A stretch of DNA of 64,000 bases. Source: Zancudomyces culisetae HAW-14-8 (Eukaryota; Fungi; Kickxellomycota). The stretch is taken from positions 1,240,001 through 1,304,000 of the forward strand of contig JBNJNM010000011.1 of NCBI GenBank assembly GCA_052426225.1. The letters run 5' to 3'. Of the stretch, positions 45,075 to 58,097 are shown piece after piece; the stretch's first letter is position 1; the number at the start of each line of letters is the position of its first letter. Under the pieces are notes generated by a model. That model was not told the origin of the DNA, searched no databases, and worked only from the letters and a program-made list of their open reading frames with translations. The position numbers were made by a program, and so were the translations under genes.

Positions 45075-47636
45075 TTATTTCTTGTCAAAGATTAGAGGAT
45101 GGGATGGTGTTTGGTAATTAAAAGCAAACTGCGAAGGGAACGACACATTTCCGCTCTCGTTCTCGGGCGTTAATAGTTGGCAGATATTCTTGGTATTTCC
45201 TAAATTGCCGCTGGACAAAGCATTTCTCGCTGCTGCTATCTTTGTATTTGGATCGCCACTCGTGGTATAACTATTTTGACCAAGCAAGCCGATGTTTTTT
45301 TCAAAAACGTACTCAGTGTTACCAACTATATTTTCAATAGGAACATCAAATTTTTTTCCTACACCACCCAAAATATTAGAATTACAATTTTGGCTATCCA
45401 TGTTGTTCAAGTTTGCATCTACGCTGTCATTATCGATGCTTAGAAAGGCAGTGGGCTTTGTGAGCGGGTTTCTACTGGGATCTACAGAACCTTTACACAG
45501 ATTATTAATCTGGTGCGAAAGTAAAAACGTATAGTTTGGCTGCATTCCTGGTGTTAATTCAGGAGTAGCAAGTGGTAGCAATCCGTTTACAGCATTTACA
45601 CTGTCGATACTCTGGATACTACTGTTTTTGGCAAATATATTATCCATTTGCCCGGCACATGAAACGTTTTGATGAGATTCAAGGCTAGTGAGACCGTATG
45701 AAAGCTGAAGGTCAGCAAGATTATAGTAACCGCTGTCCGTGTTGTTTGGTTTTTTTTCGTTTTCTTGAGAGTCCAATTTTTGTTTTTTGGTGTCAGATAC
45801 AAAATTTTCAAAACTAAAAACATTTGTATCAGCATGGTTCTTCTCCTGGATATCGTTTTTATGAGTATTTTGTATACCTTTGTCAGCATCTGTTATATTT
45901 TTTCTCTTTCCAGAACCGACATTACCAAAAATCAGTTCATTATTGCCACCTAGCTCTTTTTCTGATACCCCATACTGCTGGTAGGTGTTTTTTTCTTTTT
46001 CACTTTTGTACAAGCTTTCTAGTAACCTGTTTTGACCAGATTCATCTTTTTCCAAGTACTCGTTCTTTCTTTTTCTCTGCTCTGTCGCATCATCTACACT
46101 GTTTTTGCACAAATTTTTACTCTCTGCATTCATTGAATTGTCTTTGAAGTCTGATTGATTGTGTACAATCTGTTCTCTACTACTAGTCTGATGTGAAATT
46201 TCAGAAATTTTATCCAACGCAGCTTTTAAAATGCCTGATTGTACATTAGGATCTTCATGCATTTGTGCTCTTTTAAGCATATCTTTGTCAATGGTCTCAA
46301 TAAAAGAAGCACCCTTGAGGCTAAATATCTCATCGTTGGTTCCATTTGCACTTAGTTCACCTAATCCCACTTGGCATTGGATCGCTTTGCTTAAAAGCTT
46401 TTCGTAGTTTTCTAGTTCTCCAATCCGAATATCTGTTTCAGAACAGCTATTGATGCTTTCATGTTTGTTGTTATCATCCCGATTTTGTTCAACAATAGTA
46501 TCAAGCTGCCTATCTGAAAGCTTTGATCCAGTGTTTGTAATAGTAGTGTAAATATCCGTATTTGACACAGTCAGACTTTGTTCAGGCTTTCTTTGACCAC
46601 CAACACTGAAAATTGTATTCAAATCATTTGATGCGAGAAAAAACCCGCGTCCTGTATTATTCGCCTTCGAATTAATATTGTTTATTCCACTATTCTTGCT
46701 GTTTTTAAACACTGTGTTGCTTATAGTTTTTGTTTTGGCAATATTGTCAAATACAGCTTCAGTTCTGTTGATACTATTTTCCATCTTTTGCAAACTGTGT
46801 GTCTTTTTGATGTGTTGCTGATTTTGATCCAAAAAGTTGTACTGCGTGGCATCCATAGAGCTAGAAGAAATATGACGTGTCATATGTTGCTGGAGCCCGT
46901 GTATTTGTTGGGTAGCACTGGTATGCTGCTCAGTTCCAAAATTCCTGGTGTGTCCCAACGCACCCAACGTGTTTGACGAATACACATTAGACGTTCCCAT
47001 ACTTTGATATGTCTGCGTCTGTCCTATAGGATTTGAAGCAATCGATAATGCTCTTCTTAACTTTACCACCTCAGACTCCAAAATGTGAACGTTTGTTGTC
47101 AGGTGTGTTATATAGTCTTTTGCTTTTTGCATTATGTATACCGTAGAGGGCTTTGACAACTGTAGAGAAGGCACTGCATCTTTTAACTCGAATAGTATCT
47201 TTCGTTGATGGTGTCGTCTCTTTTTTTTTGAAAAAAAAATATATATAGAAGGGTAGTGATTATTGTTAGAGCCATTGTATGCTTTGATGGTGGTTTGTTT
47301 ATATGATCATTTAATTTTAGATAACTATTTACCTTTTTTTCTAGTTCATTATGATTCAACCTGTTTTTCCTAAAATCATTAACATCCTTTAGGATTAATA
47401 ACATACACTACTTACACAAGCTTTGATATAATTTTCAAACTAAAAAAAAAATTAGTACTCTTTTATACCTACTTTTGCTTAGTTTCCTTTACAGGTCTTG
47501 TCTTTGCAACTCTGCCACCCTCAACATGAGCATGCTTTGTTTTTATCTGCTTGTTACCCACCGTAGGGTCAAGGTTTTTTATTCCTAGTAGTAATCCGAT
47601 ATCATTGGCTCCGCTGATGTTCCCATTACTCGCCAT
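45075..47636 (-). CDS. bHLH-leucine zipper transcription factor (Myc/Max/Mad-like basic region), 3 exons (~47636-47473, ~47370-47333, 47219-45075)
   Basis: Splicing yields KNRLNHNELEKK|RRHHQRKILFELKDAVPSLQLSKPSTVYIMQKAKDYITHLTTNVHILESEVVKLRRAL followed by a long N/Q-rich disordered tail. Donors GTAGGT and GTAAAT. Confidence 0.85.
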
Positions 47637-50600
47637 GTTCGCCCAATATAAAAATCGATAGAAAGACGGTGTATGTCAAAATTATCACTACCTTTCTACT
47701 TTTTGGATTCTAATTTCCTTGGAAATAAGAAAAAGACTTGCCTAAAATAAAATAAACAAAAATACAAACGCCTTTGTTATCTTTACTGGCCTGAATTCTT
47801 TATTTCAGTTACTAGTAAATTTGAGGTATTAGTGACGTTACGTTACCAGATATTTAAAAGTCAGTATTGTACTTTTTTTTTTACACACACACGCACACAC
47901 ACAATTTATTCCATTTATTATTTTTTAAATATCTGTAGATAGTTCAAGGTTAATATGATGGCAAGCAAAGGTGCTGTTGATTTCGTGGGTTCATAGAATA
48001 ACGTATTTTTTTAAATATTTTTTTTTGGCAAGGAGAAGGGAAGGGGTTTCTTTGAGTATGTTTGCTTCTTGACAAAAGTTTTGGCGTGACACTGAGTAGT
48101 TTTTGATTAACTTTTTTATTCAAGCTCACTGATACATATATGGCCTGCAAACCGTAATCTAAGAATATTAAAGTATACTTTGTTGAAGACGTTTTTACTA
48201 ATATCTTCACGGGATTCACGCTCAAAGAACACAACCCCAATATAAGCCAACTCAAATATTTTAGAACTACCATATTTATACCTATGTGGACATCATTACT
48301 ATCAATATCTTTATCTACATTTTCATCATAACGCTCTTACCTGTTGTGAGTTTAGTATATCGTTCGGTATATCTTTTTGTTTTTGCTTGTTTTTCTTTTC
48401 GTTAGTGTAGCTCGATGTTTTATTTAAATTAGTATAAACAGGAGAGTTGGCCTTATATGATATTATATTTGAACAGCAAAAAATACTAAAGTATATTTTT
48501 TTTTATTGTAAGGACCTATTTAGCATAAAAAAACAAAAGTTTATACTCATTAAATAAAAATACTATATGTACGTTAATTGTAGTATCAGTTAGCAATGTG
48601 AGAGCATCACTTGTTTTTATAAAAAAAAAAGCACCTCTTCTTTGCTGGGATATAGACAATTTTGTATTTCGCAACTGGTAGTATTAAATTAATATTTGTA
48701 ATTTGATAAATTTTCTAGCTACTATTGCATCTTGTAATTAGGGTATATACTCACATTAAATTAACTGACCGATTTGCTTATTACCAAAGATGGCGACTAT
48801 GTTCCCTAATCTTTTTCTATAACCTCGCAAAATTCGCTATTAGTCTTTATTTCTAAAAGCAATATTCGCTGGAAAAAAATTTTAGGACCAGTGGTAAGAA
48901 CATGAATGAAAACCTAGGCTATAATAGATGGTATATTAATTTTTCCTTTGACCACGAGTAGAAATATAATATTATAATTAAGCGGAAAGATTGGCCAGTT
49001 ATTAATGTTTGCCTATTTCTTCTGCATGGAGACCATTCAATATAGACATGGAATCAAGCCCTTAAAAAAAGGCAACCAATATAACAAATTATCAATTAAC
49101 TATATGTTAAATAAGAAAATAAATTTTATATGAGGGGGGGGGGGGAAGAATACAGTTCGACACCCCTCCCTTTAATAAAGATAATTTGCATGCAACGAAT
49201 TGAAATGTGCGTGGTAATGTACTACTATATAATTAATTCTATTAATTTTTTTTTAACATTACCTTCAAATTGAATCACAGATACCTCTTAACCCCTGAAG
49301 ACTACTTTTATTTTTAGAGGTTTTGATATATTTAGTCTTTCAGGAAGGAAAGATGGATGCAAGGGAGAGTATTTCCACCAATAATATGGTGAGTGAAAAT
49401 ATACCCATTGGTGGGACGGAAAGATTCTAGGTTATTCTATCTTTAATTAATGTATAGGAATAGCCCATTGTTCACTAGAGACTTTGAGTCTATGATATTT
49501 AAAAGTAAGCCAGCCATAGAACAATTAATTAATAAAGCAGATAAATAGTAGAGAGCATAAGGTTCAACAAATAGATGTGGTCGGTTCTAGCCTGGGTTAG
49601 GAGCAGCAAAATATCAAACTATCAGTCAGTCTAGACCCACTTCAAGTTACAGGGATCTTGTTGAAGATAAATCATTTGTGGATATGAGTGTGTATAAATG
49701 CGAATAAAAACATAAATGTATGTACGTATTTACAGGGTGTACAGAAACAGCTGGTGCGTCATCTCTAAAATTTAGGTTTTGTAACGCAGAAGCATCAATA
49801 CATTCATGACTGTGAAACAAGTCTTACTACAAAAATGCTAATAAACCGTCGTACTGTTTATCCCAACACCAAAGTTGGATAGAAAAGCACTGGTTCAGGT
49901 TTTCAAACTTTCAAGCAGTGCTTTACTTCCACCCTCTCCCCTCCTCCCCCCACTTTTTTCTACTTTTTGCTATTGTACAAAGTCAAAATTTACAATTATT
50001 TTTCTAAAAGAAAGTGCACCAATATTACTTCACTAGGCTGCACAGCTGACACAGAACATAACTGTATAGACGAATGCCAAGTCACTAATTGTACTTTCAT
50101 CAAATAGATTAAATAATAAGTGACTAGTATTAACCTTACTAAGGTTAAAGTGGGGAAACCTTCAAAGTATTGATGCTAGTCAGGAAAAGCAGAATTTACC
50201 TCGAATGATATTAAATTCACAACTAATATATTCCCATGTGTAGAATTGACGTTTATATAAATTAAAAGCTACCCCATAAGTTATTTTCCGATGCTTATTG
50301 GTGTTTGTTGGTAACAATATTTAATACCAATAGACCAAACTTATTAAGTTTACACATACGCTCTGTATTCTTTAATGCAGTCTCCGCTTTTAATATTTTT
50401 TTATAACCATTTTTTTATAACCATTCTTTTATAGCTCTTTATTCCAATACCAATGGAAATGGGTGTAACTAAGCTAACAATTTTTCCTTCCTATACACAC
50501 TTTTCACATTAACTGGTCATATTTTTCCTCCTCCTCCTCCTTCTTCTCCCCTCAAAACTAAACAATTTCCACAGTTTCTAGCCCCCACTTAATTTAATTT

Positions 50601-52641
50601 AGGTACGCTGATTACCTAGTAAATCCAAGAGTATCCTAAATGAACTACAATGATGCAAGATCCTTGATAACATATAATGTATTATTATACTATTTTGGGC
50701 ATTTATCATTATGTTCGCTATTACATTTTACCTTTACAAATCACTAAAATTCTCCATGGTCTAGATAATTTACCCATTCCAGATATCCCAATACTCTCCA
50801 TCAATACGTATATTTCTAAGCCTCATTAAATACTGAAAATACTAATAAAAAAAGTAGAGTAAATGTTTCAGAAAAATAAGTACAAAAAAAAATCCGACAT
50901 TTAGTTTATGATTATACAAAAATACGAAAGGAATTATAAGAAAAAGAGATATCGAGGTGGTTACTGTTATTGTGTTTTTGAAATTTCTATTTTTTGCAAA
51001 TCTACTCAAGCACTGGTAATTACCAACACTTGATCCTCTGTTTAAAGCCACAGCTCCGCTTGTTGCTGGATCACTATAATACCCCTTTCGATATTTCTAA
51101 ATATTTCTAAATGTTCAAAATATTCAAGAATCACGCTTGCCAATTCGGTATAGCTTGGTTATATATGTGACTTCCTGTTTATTCTTGAAAGAAGAATCTT
51201 TTTCTCAATTTTTAATAATATTTAAAAAGTATCCTGTATTTCCTATGTTATCCAACAAGCAAAGTATACGAAGCTCGTTGTGGCTTCGACAATTCTGCAA
51301 GTTATTTGAGCCTTGGACTGTATCCACACCAATATTTATAATTTAGCGCATATTTATTACTTTGTGGTGTAATACTAGTGATACTAGCTTCTCCACCACC
51401 AGTATTAAACAAAGAATCTAAATCACTGCTGCGTACAAAAGTGTCAATGCCAAGAATTATATCTTATGCTTTTTTGTATCTCCAGTATATTATTTTCATG
51501 TGGAGAAATATTGAGATTATCTCAAACAATGAATGTAGCCCCCCTACCTAAAATATCCCCGTTCGTGATATTTTGTAAACATCAAAAGTTGCACGAAAAT
51601 CAAAGCCAAAAGAAAGGGCAAAACAATCCAACGCCTTGTCAAGTGTTATGTTAATATACTTTTGGCTCCCAACCACAAATTTAGCAAAGTTACATTCTCA
51701 TGAGTTGGGTTTAAATAATTTCGAGAGAAAAAAAAAGCCTTTAACATACCACAATATTTAATACCAAACATCTTTAGAGTCATATAGCCTTTTTTTATAC
51801 CTACTGGAGTCTCAGCTTTAGATATTATGCGTAAGCTATTTGTATGTTTGTTGAGACATTTAATGTATATTTTCTGGAGAAAAGAAAAATTCACATTTGT
51901 TCTGATATTCACACACTCGTTTCCTAACTGTAAAACTAGTTTCAAAACGACATCAGTTGTATCAGTTAGAACCACAACTATGATTTCTTGTGTTATACTA
52001 AAATCCTCAGTGTGGATAGCTGAAATAGCGCACCATTAACCACTTTTATTTTAAAGCAGTTCTGTTTTATAAACAAACCCTTGCAAAAATTAGTACTCTT
52101 CTCTATGAATGTCATTTTTAAAATACGCAAAATATGTGCCAGAGTTGGAACAACTTTAAAATTGTCTTTTTATTAATATTATGGTTACTAAAAGCTGTGC
52201 TTTATGTTCTTATAAAGTTACATACTTAGAGCCCAGATACTCAGCAACCAGTGTGTGCCGTCCTCACACAACATGTCTTTGAGTAATGGCATAACAGGTA
52301 GTTAGATGGTTTACTAGTTCCCAAGGAGTCGTTTGGGTTCACAGGGTGGGGTCAAGTGGTCATTATTAAGGGAGCTCTTTAACAAGGAATAGACGGAATA
52401 TAATTGTGGATGTTTTTTGATCTTCTAGCTCTTCAGAATTTGACTGATTGGTGAATTATGCGAGCTCAATTCTATAAAAAAAAACCATTTGATTCGATTC
52501 GCGAATAAAAAAAAATTTTTAATTGCAATTTAAACTAAAAACGATTCAGCATGATGAAAAAAATAAAATAGCTAGTATAAAACTAGAATTCTGCAAACAA
52601 ACTTTAGTATATATTAAAAAATAACTTCATAATAGACGAGA

Positions 52642-55600
52642 ATGTTGAGATCAAAGTCGTTTGTAAAAAAGACAAAAAAAGGAAAAGTGGTAAGAGTAGT
52701 CAAGGAGCACTACTTGCGCGACGACATTCAATGTGGATATGAGGGATGCAAAGATCCAAATTGCATCTCCGCTAGAGAAGAATTTCTAGGCAACAGCGGC
52801 AGTTCACAGGGATTGGTTATTGCAGCACCACTAATAAATATACACAAAACCGGGCAGACCGTAAAGAATACTACAAAAAAAACACAGATCCTGATTCCAG
52901 ACACCAACGAGTTTGTAAAGCAGATCAATGTGTTTGAACGGCCTGTGCTAAACAATGTAGTGGTTTTGCAGACCGTTTTAGAGGAACTCAAGGGATTGAA
53001 TATGGCTATATATGGTCGAGTGCGCCGGATCACAACTGAACATAGTCGGCATTGGTATGTGTTTTCAAATGAGCACAGCCGCGACACATACATAGACCGA
53101 AATGCAGGGGAGAGCGCAAATGATCGTAACGACCGAGCGATACGAACAGCATGTTTGTGGTACCAGCAGCACGTACCAAGCGATGTGGAAATCGTATTGA
53201 TTACAGAGGATAAGGAAAATGCGCGATTGGCACGCGAGGCTGGAATTGAGAAGGTGTACAAATTAGAGGAATATTTGACACAGTCGATTTGTGGTGAGGA
53301 TGGAGGAGAACCGGAGAAGGTGAAGGAACAAAAGGACAGACTTTCGGAGCTTTTGGATGTTATGCGATATGATGAAGCTACAGATGGATCCCAACATATG
53401 ACGTTTGAGGGATACAAGCCATATCTAACAGATTTACAGATTCAGGAGGGTATAAAACAAAATATATTTGTCCAGGGGGTGCTCGCGGTGTCAGGATATA
53501 ATTCAACAGAAGGCCATATATTTAGCAAGATCCCTGGTGTCGGAAAGGGATCAGAAATAAACGGATTTCAAAAAGAAGGCGAGCAGGAGGAAACTGAACG
53601 GAAAATATTGATAATTGGTAGGAACAATATGAATAGAGCAATTCAAGGCGATAGAGTAGCCGTCAAGATATTACCAGAAAGTGAGTGGAGAAAGGGGCCA
53701 GGGAAAGCAAGTATTGACGAAGAGGATGACAATGATGATGATGATGATGGTAACAGCGACGGTAAGGATGATACTGCGGGAGAAAAAGAGAGCAATAAAG
53801 ATGGCGGAGATGAGGGTGGGGAAGTGAAGAGTAAAAACAAGCGAGCAAAACTTACAACTGAAAACCTACAGGTTACGGGTGTGGTTGTGGGCATTATAAA
53901 GCGCAATTGGCGGTCATACTGTTGTTTCCTAGATCCAAGAGAAACAAGTGGGGTTTCCAATAACAAAAATGCAGATTCTAGTAGCGGAGGAAGAATTAGG
54001 TATGTATATATGATTCCAATGGACCGAAGAATCCCCAAGATCCGAATCAAAACACGGCAGCTGGAACATATTGCAAACAAAAAAGTAGTAGTAAGTATTG
54101 ACGAATGGACGACAAAGACCAAGTATCCAGTAGGTCATTACGTGCGAAGCATTGGAGATGCCGGTGACAAAGAGACAGAGACAGAGGTGGTGCTGCTGGA
54201 ACATGAAATCAATTATTCTGATTTCAGCGAGGCAGTGAAGAACGACATGAAGCCATTTGAAAGCGACCCAGAGTACATTCCTAATCACATAAAACACGTA
54301 CAGGAACGCCTGCAGAATCAAACGCAATCCCAGTTGGTTGGAGGTAGCTTGCTGAGCAATGGTGATATCAAACGGAAAGATCTGCGCTACCTGGATGTAT
54401 GCAGCATTGATCCACCTGGATGTACAGATATCGACGATGCATTGCACTGCAAAAAGCTGCCAAATGGCAACTACAGCGTCGGAGTACACATCGCAGACGT
54501 CACACACTTTGTGCGACCCAACACTGCGGTTGATAAGGAGGCATCCAATCGATGTACGACGGTGTATCTCGTTGACCGGCGCATTGACATGTTGCCATCG
54601 GTGCTGGGCACCAATCTGTGCTCGCTGCGATCCAAAGTCGACCGGTTGGCATTCTCGGTACTATGGGAACTCGACAGCAACGCCAATGTAGTGGCAGAGG
54701 AGTTTTGTAAGAGTATTGTCAGCTCGCGCGAGAGTTTTACATATGATGAGGCACAAGCACGGATTGATGACACAGTCAATTATGCGCAAGACCCAATCAC
54801 AGACAGCCTGCGCCAGCTAAATGCACTCGCCAAGCAATTACGCGCGCGGCGAATGAGCAATGGTGCACTGGAGCTGATGTCGCCTCAGATCAAATTCAAA
54901 ATGATGGATGATCAGGCGCATAGCGACGACCCGCAGGATATATACATCAAACCAAATGTCGAAACAAATAGCTTGGTAGAGGAATTCATGTTGTTGGCCA
55001 ACATCCGTGTTGCCCGAAAAATCTACACCAGTTTTCCTGAGTTTGCTCTGCTAAGAAGACACCCTGAACCTCCACTCGAAAACTTTGCAGTACTACAGCG
55101 GGCACTGAATGCGTTGTACAACCTCGAGTTTGACGCCTCCAGCTCGAAATCACTTTCGGCTTCACTAAAGGCAGTCGATGATGGCGAATACCTTAATAGT
55201 CTTGTTAGGATTTTGACTACTAGGTGTATGTTACAGGCTCTATACTTTTGCTCAGGTTCGGTTCCTGACTACAAGGAATTCCGTCACTATGGACTGGCCA
55301 CTGATATATACACCCATTTTACCTCGCCAATCCGTAGATATGCAGATGTTCTGGTCCACCGTCTTTTGGAATCCGCAATCTATGGACACAAAGGTGACAG
55401 TTCAGACTATATCTTCAACAAACACGACATTGACCAACAATGCGATACTATTAACAGACGCCACAAAGCAGCCCAGACAGCCGGCAGATCGTCAATTGAG
55501 CTGTTTACCAACTTGTTCTTCAAAGCTCAAAATAAGTCCAACAACACCAATAACATACAGTATGGCTATATAACCCAAATTCTACAAAACGGCTTTTCAG

Positions 55601-56010
55601 TCTTTATTCCAAATTATGGTATCGAAGGATTTGTCGTAATCCAGTCGTCCCACTCTACAAATAACAATAACAATAGCAATAACAATAACAATAACAATAA
55701 CAATAAAAACGATAATAATACTGACCTGGATGTCCAGGCTATTGAAAACTATTCATTGGTTTTCAAATCCAACGCAAACGCTACTATAAATCTATTCCAA
55801 AAGGTTAAAGTTCTATTGAAAATTGACGAAATCTCACAGCACAACATCAGCTCTATGCGTAGAAAGCTGAATCTTTATCTGATTGAACCTGTAATTGCAG
55901 GCCTATCGGTTGAAATTGATACCAAAAAGGCTCAGCCAACAGCAAACCAGGAGGATACCGATGCTATCGTGCTAACACAAATTGCCGAAAACGCTGTTAG
56001 TTCCCTTTAA
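52642..56010 (+). CDS. DIS3: Exosome exo/endoribonuclease Dis3/Rrp44
   Basis: MLRSKSFVKKT..EHYLRDDIQC, PIN domain (PDTN..VLQTVLEE..NDRNDRAIR), RNB catalytic IDPPGCTDIDDALH, HYGLA..YTHFTSPIRRYAD, S1 domain. Confidence 0.98.
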   Translation: MLRSKSFVKKTKKGKVVRVVKEHYLRDDIQCGYEGCKDPNCISAREEFLGNSGSSQGLVIAAPLINIHKTGQTVKNTTKKTQILIPDTNEFVKQINVFERPVLNNVVVLQTVLEELKGLNMAIYGRVRRITTEHSRHWYVFSNEHSRDTYIDRNAGESANDRNDRAIRTACLWYQQHVPSDVEIVLITEDKENARLAREAGIEKVYKLEEYLTQSICGEDGGEPEKVKEQKDRLSELLDVMRYDEATDGSQHMTFEGYKPYLTDLQIQEGIKQNIFVQGVLAVSGYNSTEGHIFSKIPGVGKGSEINGFQKEGEQEETERKILIIGRNNMNRAIQGDRVAVKILPESEWRKGPGKASIDEEDDNDDDDDGNSDGKDDTAGEKESNKDGGDEGGEVKSKNKRAKLTTENLQVTGVVVGIIKRNWRSYCCFLDPRETSGVSNNKNADSSSGGRIRYVYMIPMDRRIPKIRIKTRQLEHIANKKVVVSIDEWTTKTKYPVGHYVRSIGDAGDKETETEVVLLEHEINYSDFSEAVKNDMKPFESDPEYIPNHIKHVQERLQNQTQSQLVGGSLLSNGDIKRKDLRYLDVCSIDPPGCTDIDDALHCKKLPNGNYSVGVHIADVTHFVRPNTAVDKEASNRCTTVYLVDRRIDMLPSVLGTNLCSLRSKVDRLAFSVLWELDSNANVVAEEFCKSIVSSRESFTYDEAQARIDDTVNYAQDPITDSLRQLNALAKQLRARRMSNGALELMSPQIKFKMMDDQAHSDDPQDIYIKPNVETNSLVEEFMLLANIRVARKIYTSFPEFALLRRHPEPPLENFAVLQRALNALYNLEFDASSSKSLSASLKAVDDGEYLNSLVRILTTRCMLQALYFCSGSVPDYKEFRHYGLATDIYTHFTSPIRRYADVLVHRLLESAIYGHKGDSSDYIFNKHDIDQQCDTINRRHKAAQTAGRSSIELFTNLFFKAQNKSNNTNNIQYGYITQILQNGFSVFIPNYGIEGFVVIQSSHSTNNNNNSNNNNNNNNNKNDNNTDLDVQAIENYSLVFKSNANATINLFQKVKVLLKIDEISQHNISSMRRKLNLYLIEPVIAGLSVEIDTKKAQPTANQEDTDAIVLTQIAENAVSSL
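55660..55719 (+). repeat. (AAY)n poly-Asn tract in the Dis3 S1 domain
   Basis: Translates to NNNNNSNNNNNNNNNKNDNN. Confidence 0.85.
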
Positions 56011-56014
56011 TCTT

Positions 56015-58042
56015 CTACGCTAGTGACATCTCCACGACCTGTTCACACCGTCTACATATCCGCTGACCCAGGTCAGCCATCTGTTCTATATCATGAAGCT
56101 TGATCAGATATTTTACTACATCGCCTTTGTTCTTTCCTAGAATGTTTTCTCTTACTTTTTGCGATGTTGGTGACGAATAAAGTACCGTTTTATCGCTCTC
56201 TACGCTTACTCGGTTTTTCTCTGAATGCATCCCTCCATTGTGTTCCCCAGTTACCTGACTGCTTTGTGTAAGATCATCATCACTACTACTCTCGCCAATC
56301 AGTCCTTCTAGGAACGATCTGCTGACTTTAATTTTAATTTGCTGAGTTCGCTCATTTAGATTTGGATATCGGATCTCCTCCGCCAACCGATTATCGTAGC
56401 TGTTGCTTATTATCGCATTAAATATATCTCGTATATACTCGTTTTGCTGATCAATTCCTAGAAAACATCCGCTTACCCCGAAATCAATTTTCTCGTTCCT
56501 ATCCCCGTATACACCACCATCATCTCTTCCGCCTCTACCCCCGTTCCCCCGTCCATTATTTCCATACCCATTATTAGATAGCAGTAGAAATGCCTCTGCC
56601 TGCCTCCATGCCTCCCACAGATTTTCCTCTTCTTCACTCGGTTCCTTTTCTCCTCCGGACCGCACCGTCTCTGCAAAACTCCTTTGGCTTCCATAAAAAA
56701 AGTCTTCACCTCTGACTCTACGCAAACTCTCTATAATCTCTTCTCTGACTCTCTTCAGTTCTTTACAGCTTTGGTATAGCTTTTCAATCACTTTGATTTG
56801 CTCAAGAACATCCTTTTCTACATCGTATACTTTTCCTTGCTTCTTTTTCTCCATTTTTCTATTATTTTCGCCTTTTTTGTTCTTTTTTTTTGGCGTGCCT
56901 TTTTCTGGACTTTCAAATACAAAATCGTCGTCCCAATTGCTTATCGCACTTTGCTCCTCCCACTCTCTGTGTCCAATATCTTCCAGTCTCGGCGCCTCCA
57001 TCTCAATAACACTTCTCTCGGTTTCTTCCTCTCCTTCACTCCTCTCCCTTATTTCCTTCATCTCCCGAGAATTATGCAATCTAGACCTGCCGCTTCTCCT
57101 TCTTCTGGTCGCACTCGTCCGCAAAATCGACTTTTTTCTCCTTGTCTCTCTTCCGTCTATTGTCCCCACTCGTTCTCCTTTCTCTTCTCCCTCCTCCTCA
57201 TTCTCCTCTGTACTCTCTCTTCCATTTGCCACCCTCTCATATATATACGACCATTCGCTTCCCCCTTTGGCTTCTACACCACTTTTATCTTCTATCCCAT
57301 CTATGCGCTTGCTGTCTCCTTTGATACTTCCACTGATCCCCAGATTACTCTATTTATTCCAATATGATTATTTATTTTACACATCGCATCATACATACAT
57401 CCTTTCAATTTACTACACACATTTTTCCTAACTTCACTTACATATTTTCTGCTCTTTGTAGACGATATCGTCCTATTACCATTACTTCTCCTGTGCCTCT
57501 CGCTTATTTCTGATATTCTCCTCCCTAAAAACCTTTCTATTTCTTGATCCAAATCCTCTTCCTTACTCTTACCCACCTCTCCCGCTAGCCCGTTACCTTG
57601 TACATTTAATACAAAATGGTCCTCGTTATCCGCACTACTATCGTAAAGTTCTAATAACACATCCTCTTTTTTTGTCCTAGTGCTTTTTATCCCGCTATAA
57701 AGCAATTCGAGGCTTCGTCCTATGCATTGATTTACTCGTTTTTTTAATAACCATACCAGGACAAATGAGACTCCGTCACCACAAAACTAAAACACCACAC
57801 AATAAGTATCTATATATTTCTTTATTACCCTTCTTTTTCTTTCTACATTTTTTCTTACTCTTACTTGATTTCTGTGTCTCAAAACAACAAAACACCGCCC
57901 TTAGCTTATTAATAGCTAGTTGGGCTCTCCCTGTATCACTAAGCTTGTATGGATTTACAGCTCTGCCCATCGCGAGAGTATTCTCTATTCTCTCTAGTTC
58001 ACCTGACTGTACCGGTGCTATATAATCTTTTTCTTTTCGCAT
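56015..58042 (-). CDS. Hypothetical ~608-aa charged protein, 3 exons (58042-57829, 57719-57442, 57349-56015)
   Basis: Three ORF-track segments join in frame through GTAATA..TAG and GTAAGT..TAG introns; contains NWDDDFVFE followed by helical segments (LWEAWRQAEAFLLL). Confidence 0.75.
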
Positions 58043-58060
58043 TTCGACTGTTTACACTGT

Positions 58061-58097
58061 TTGTATTGTATTGTATTGTATTGTATTGTATTGTATT
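58061..58097 (+). repeat. (TTGTA)7 microsatellite just upstream of the 58042 start codon
   Basis: Perfect pentamer array. Confidence 0.92.
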
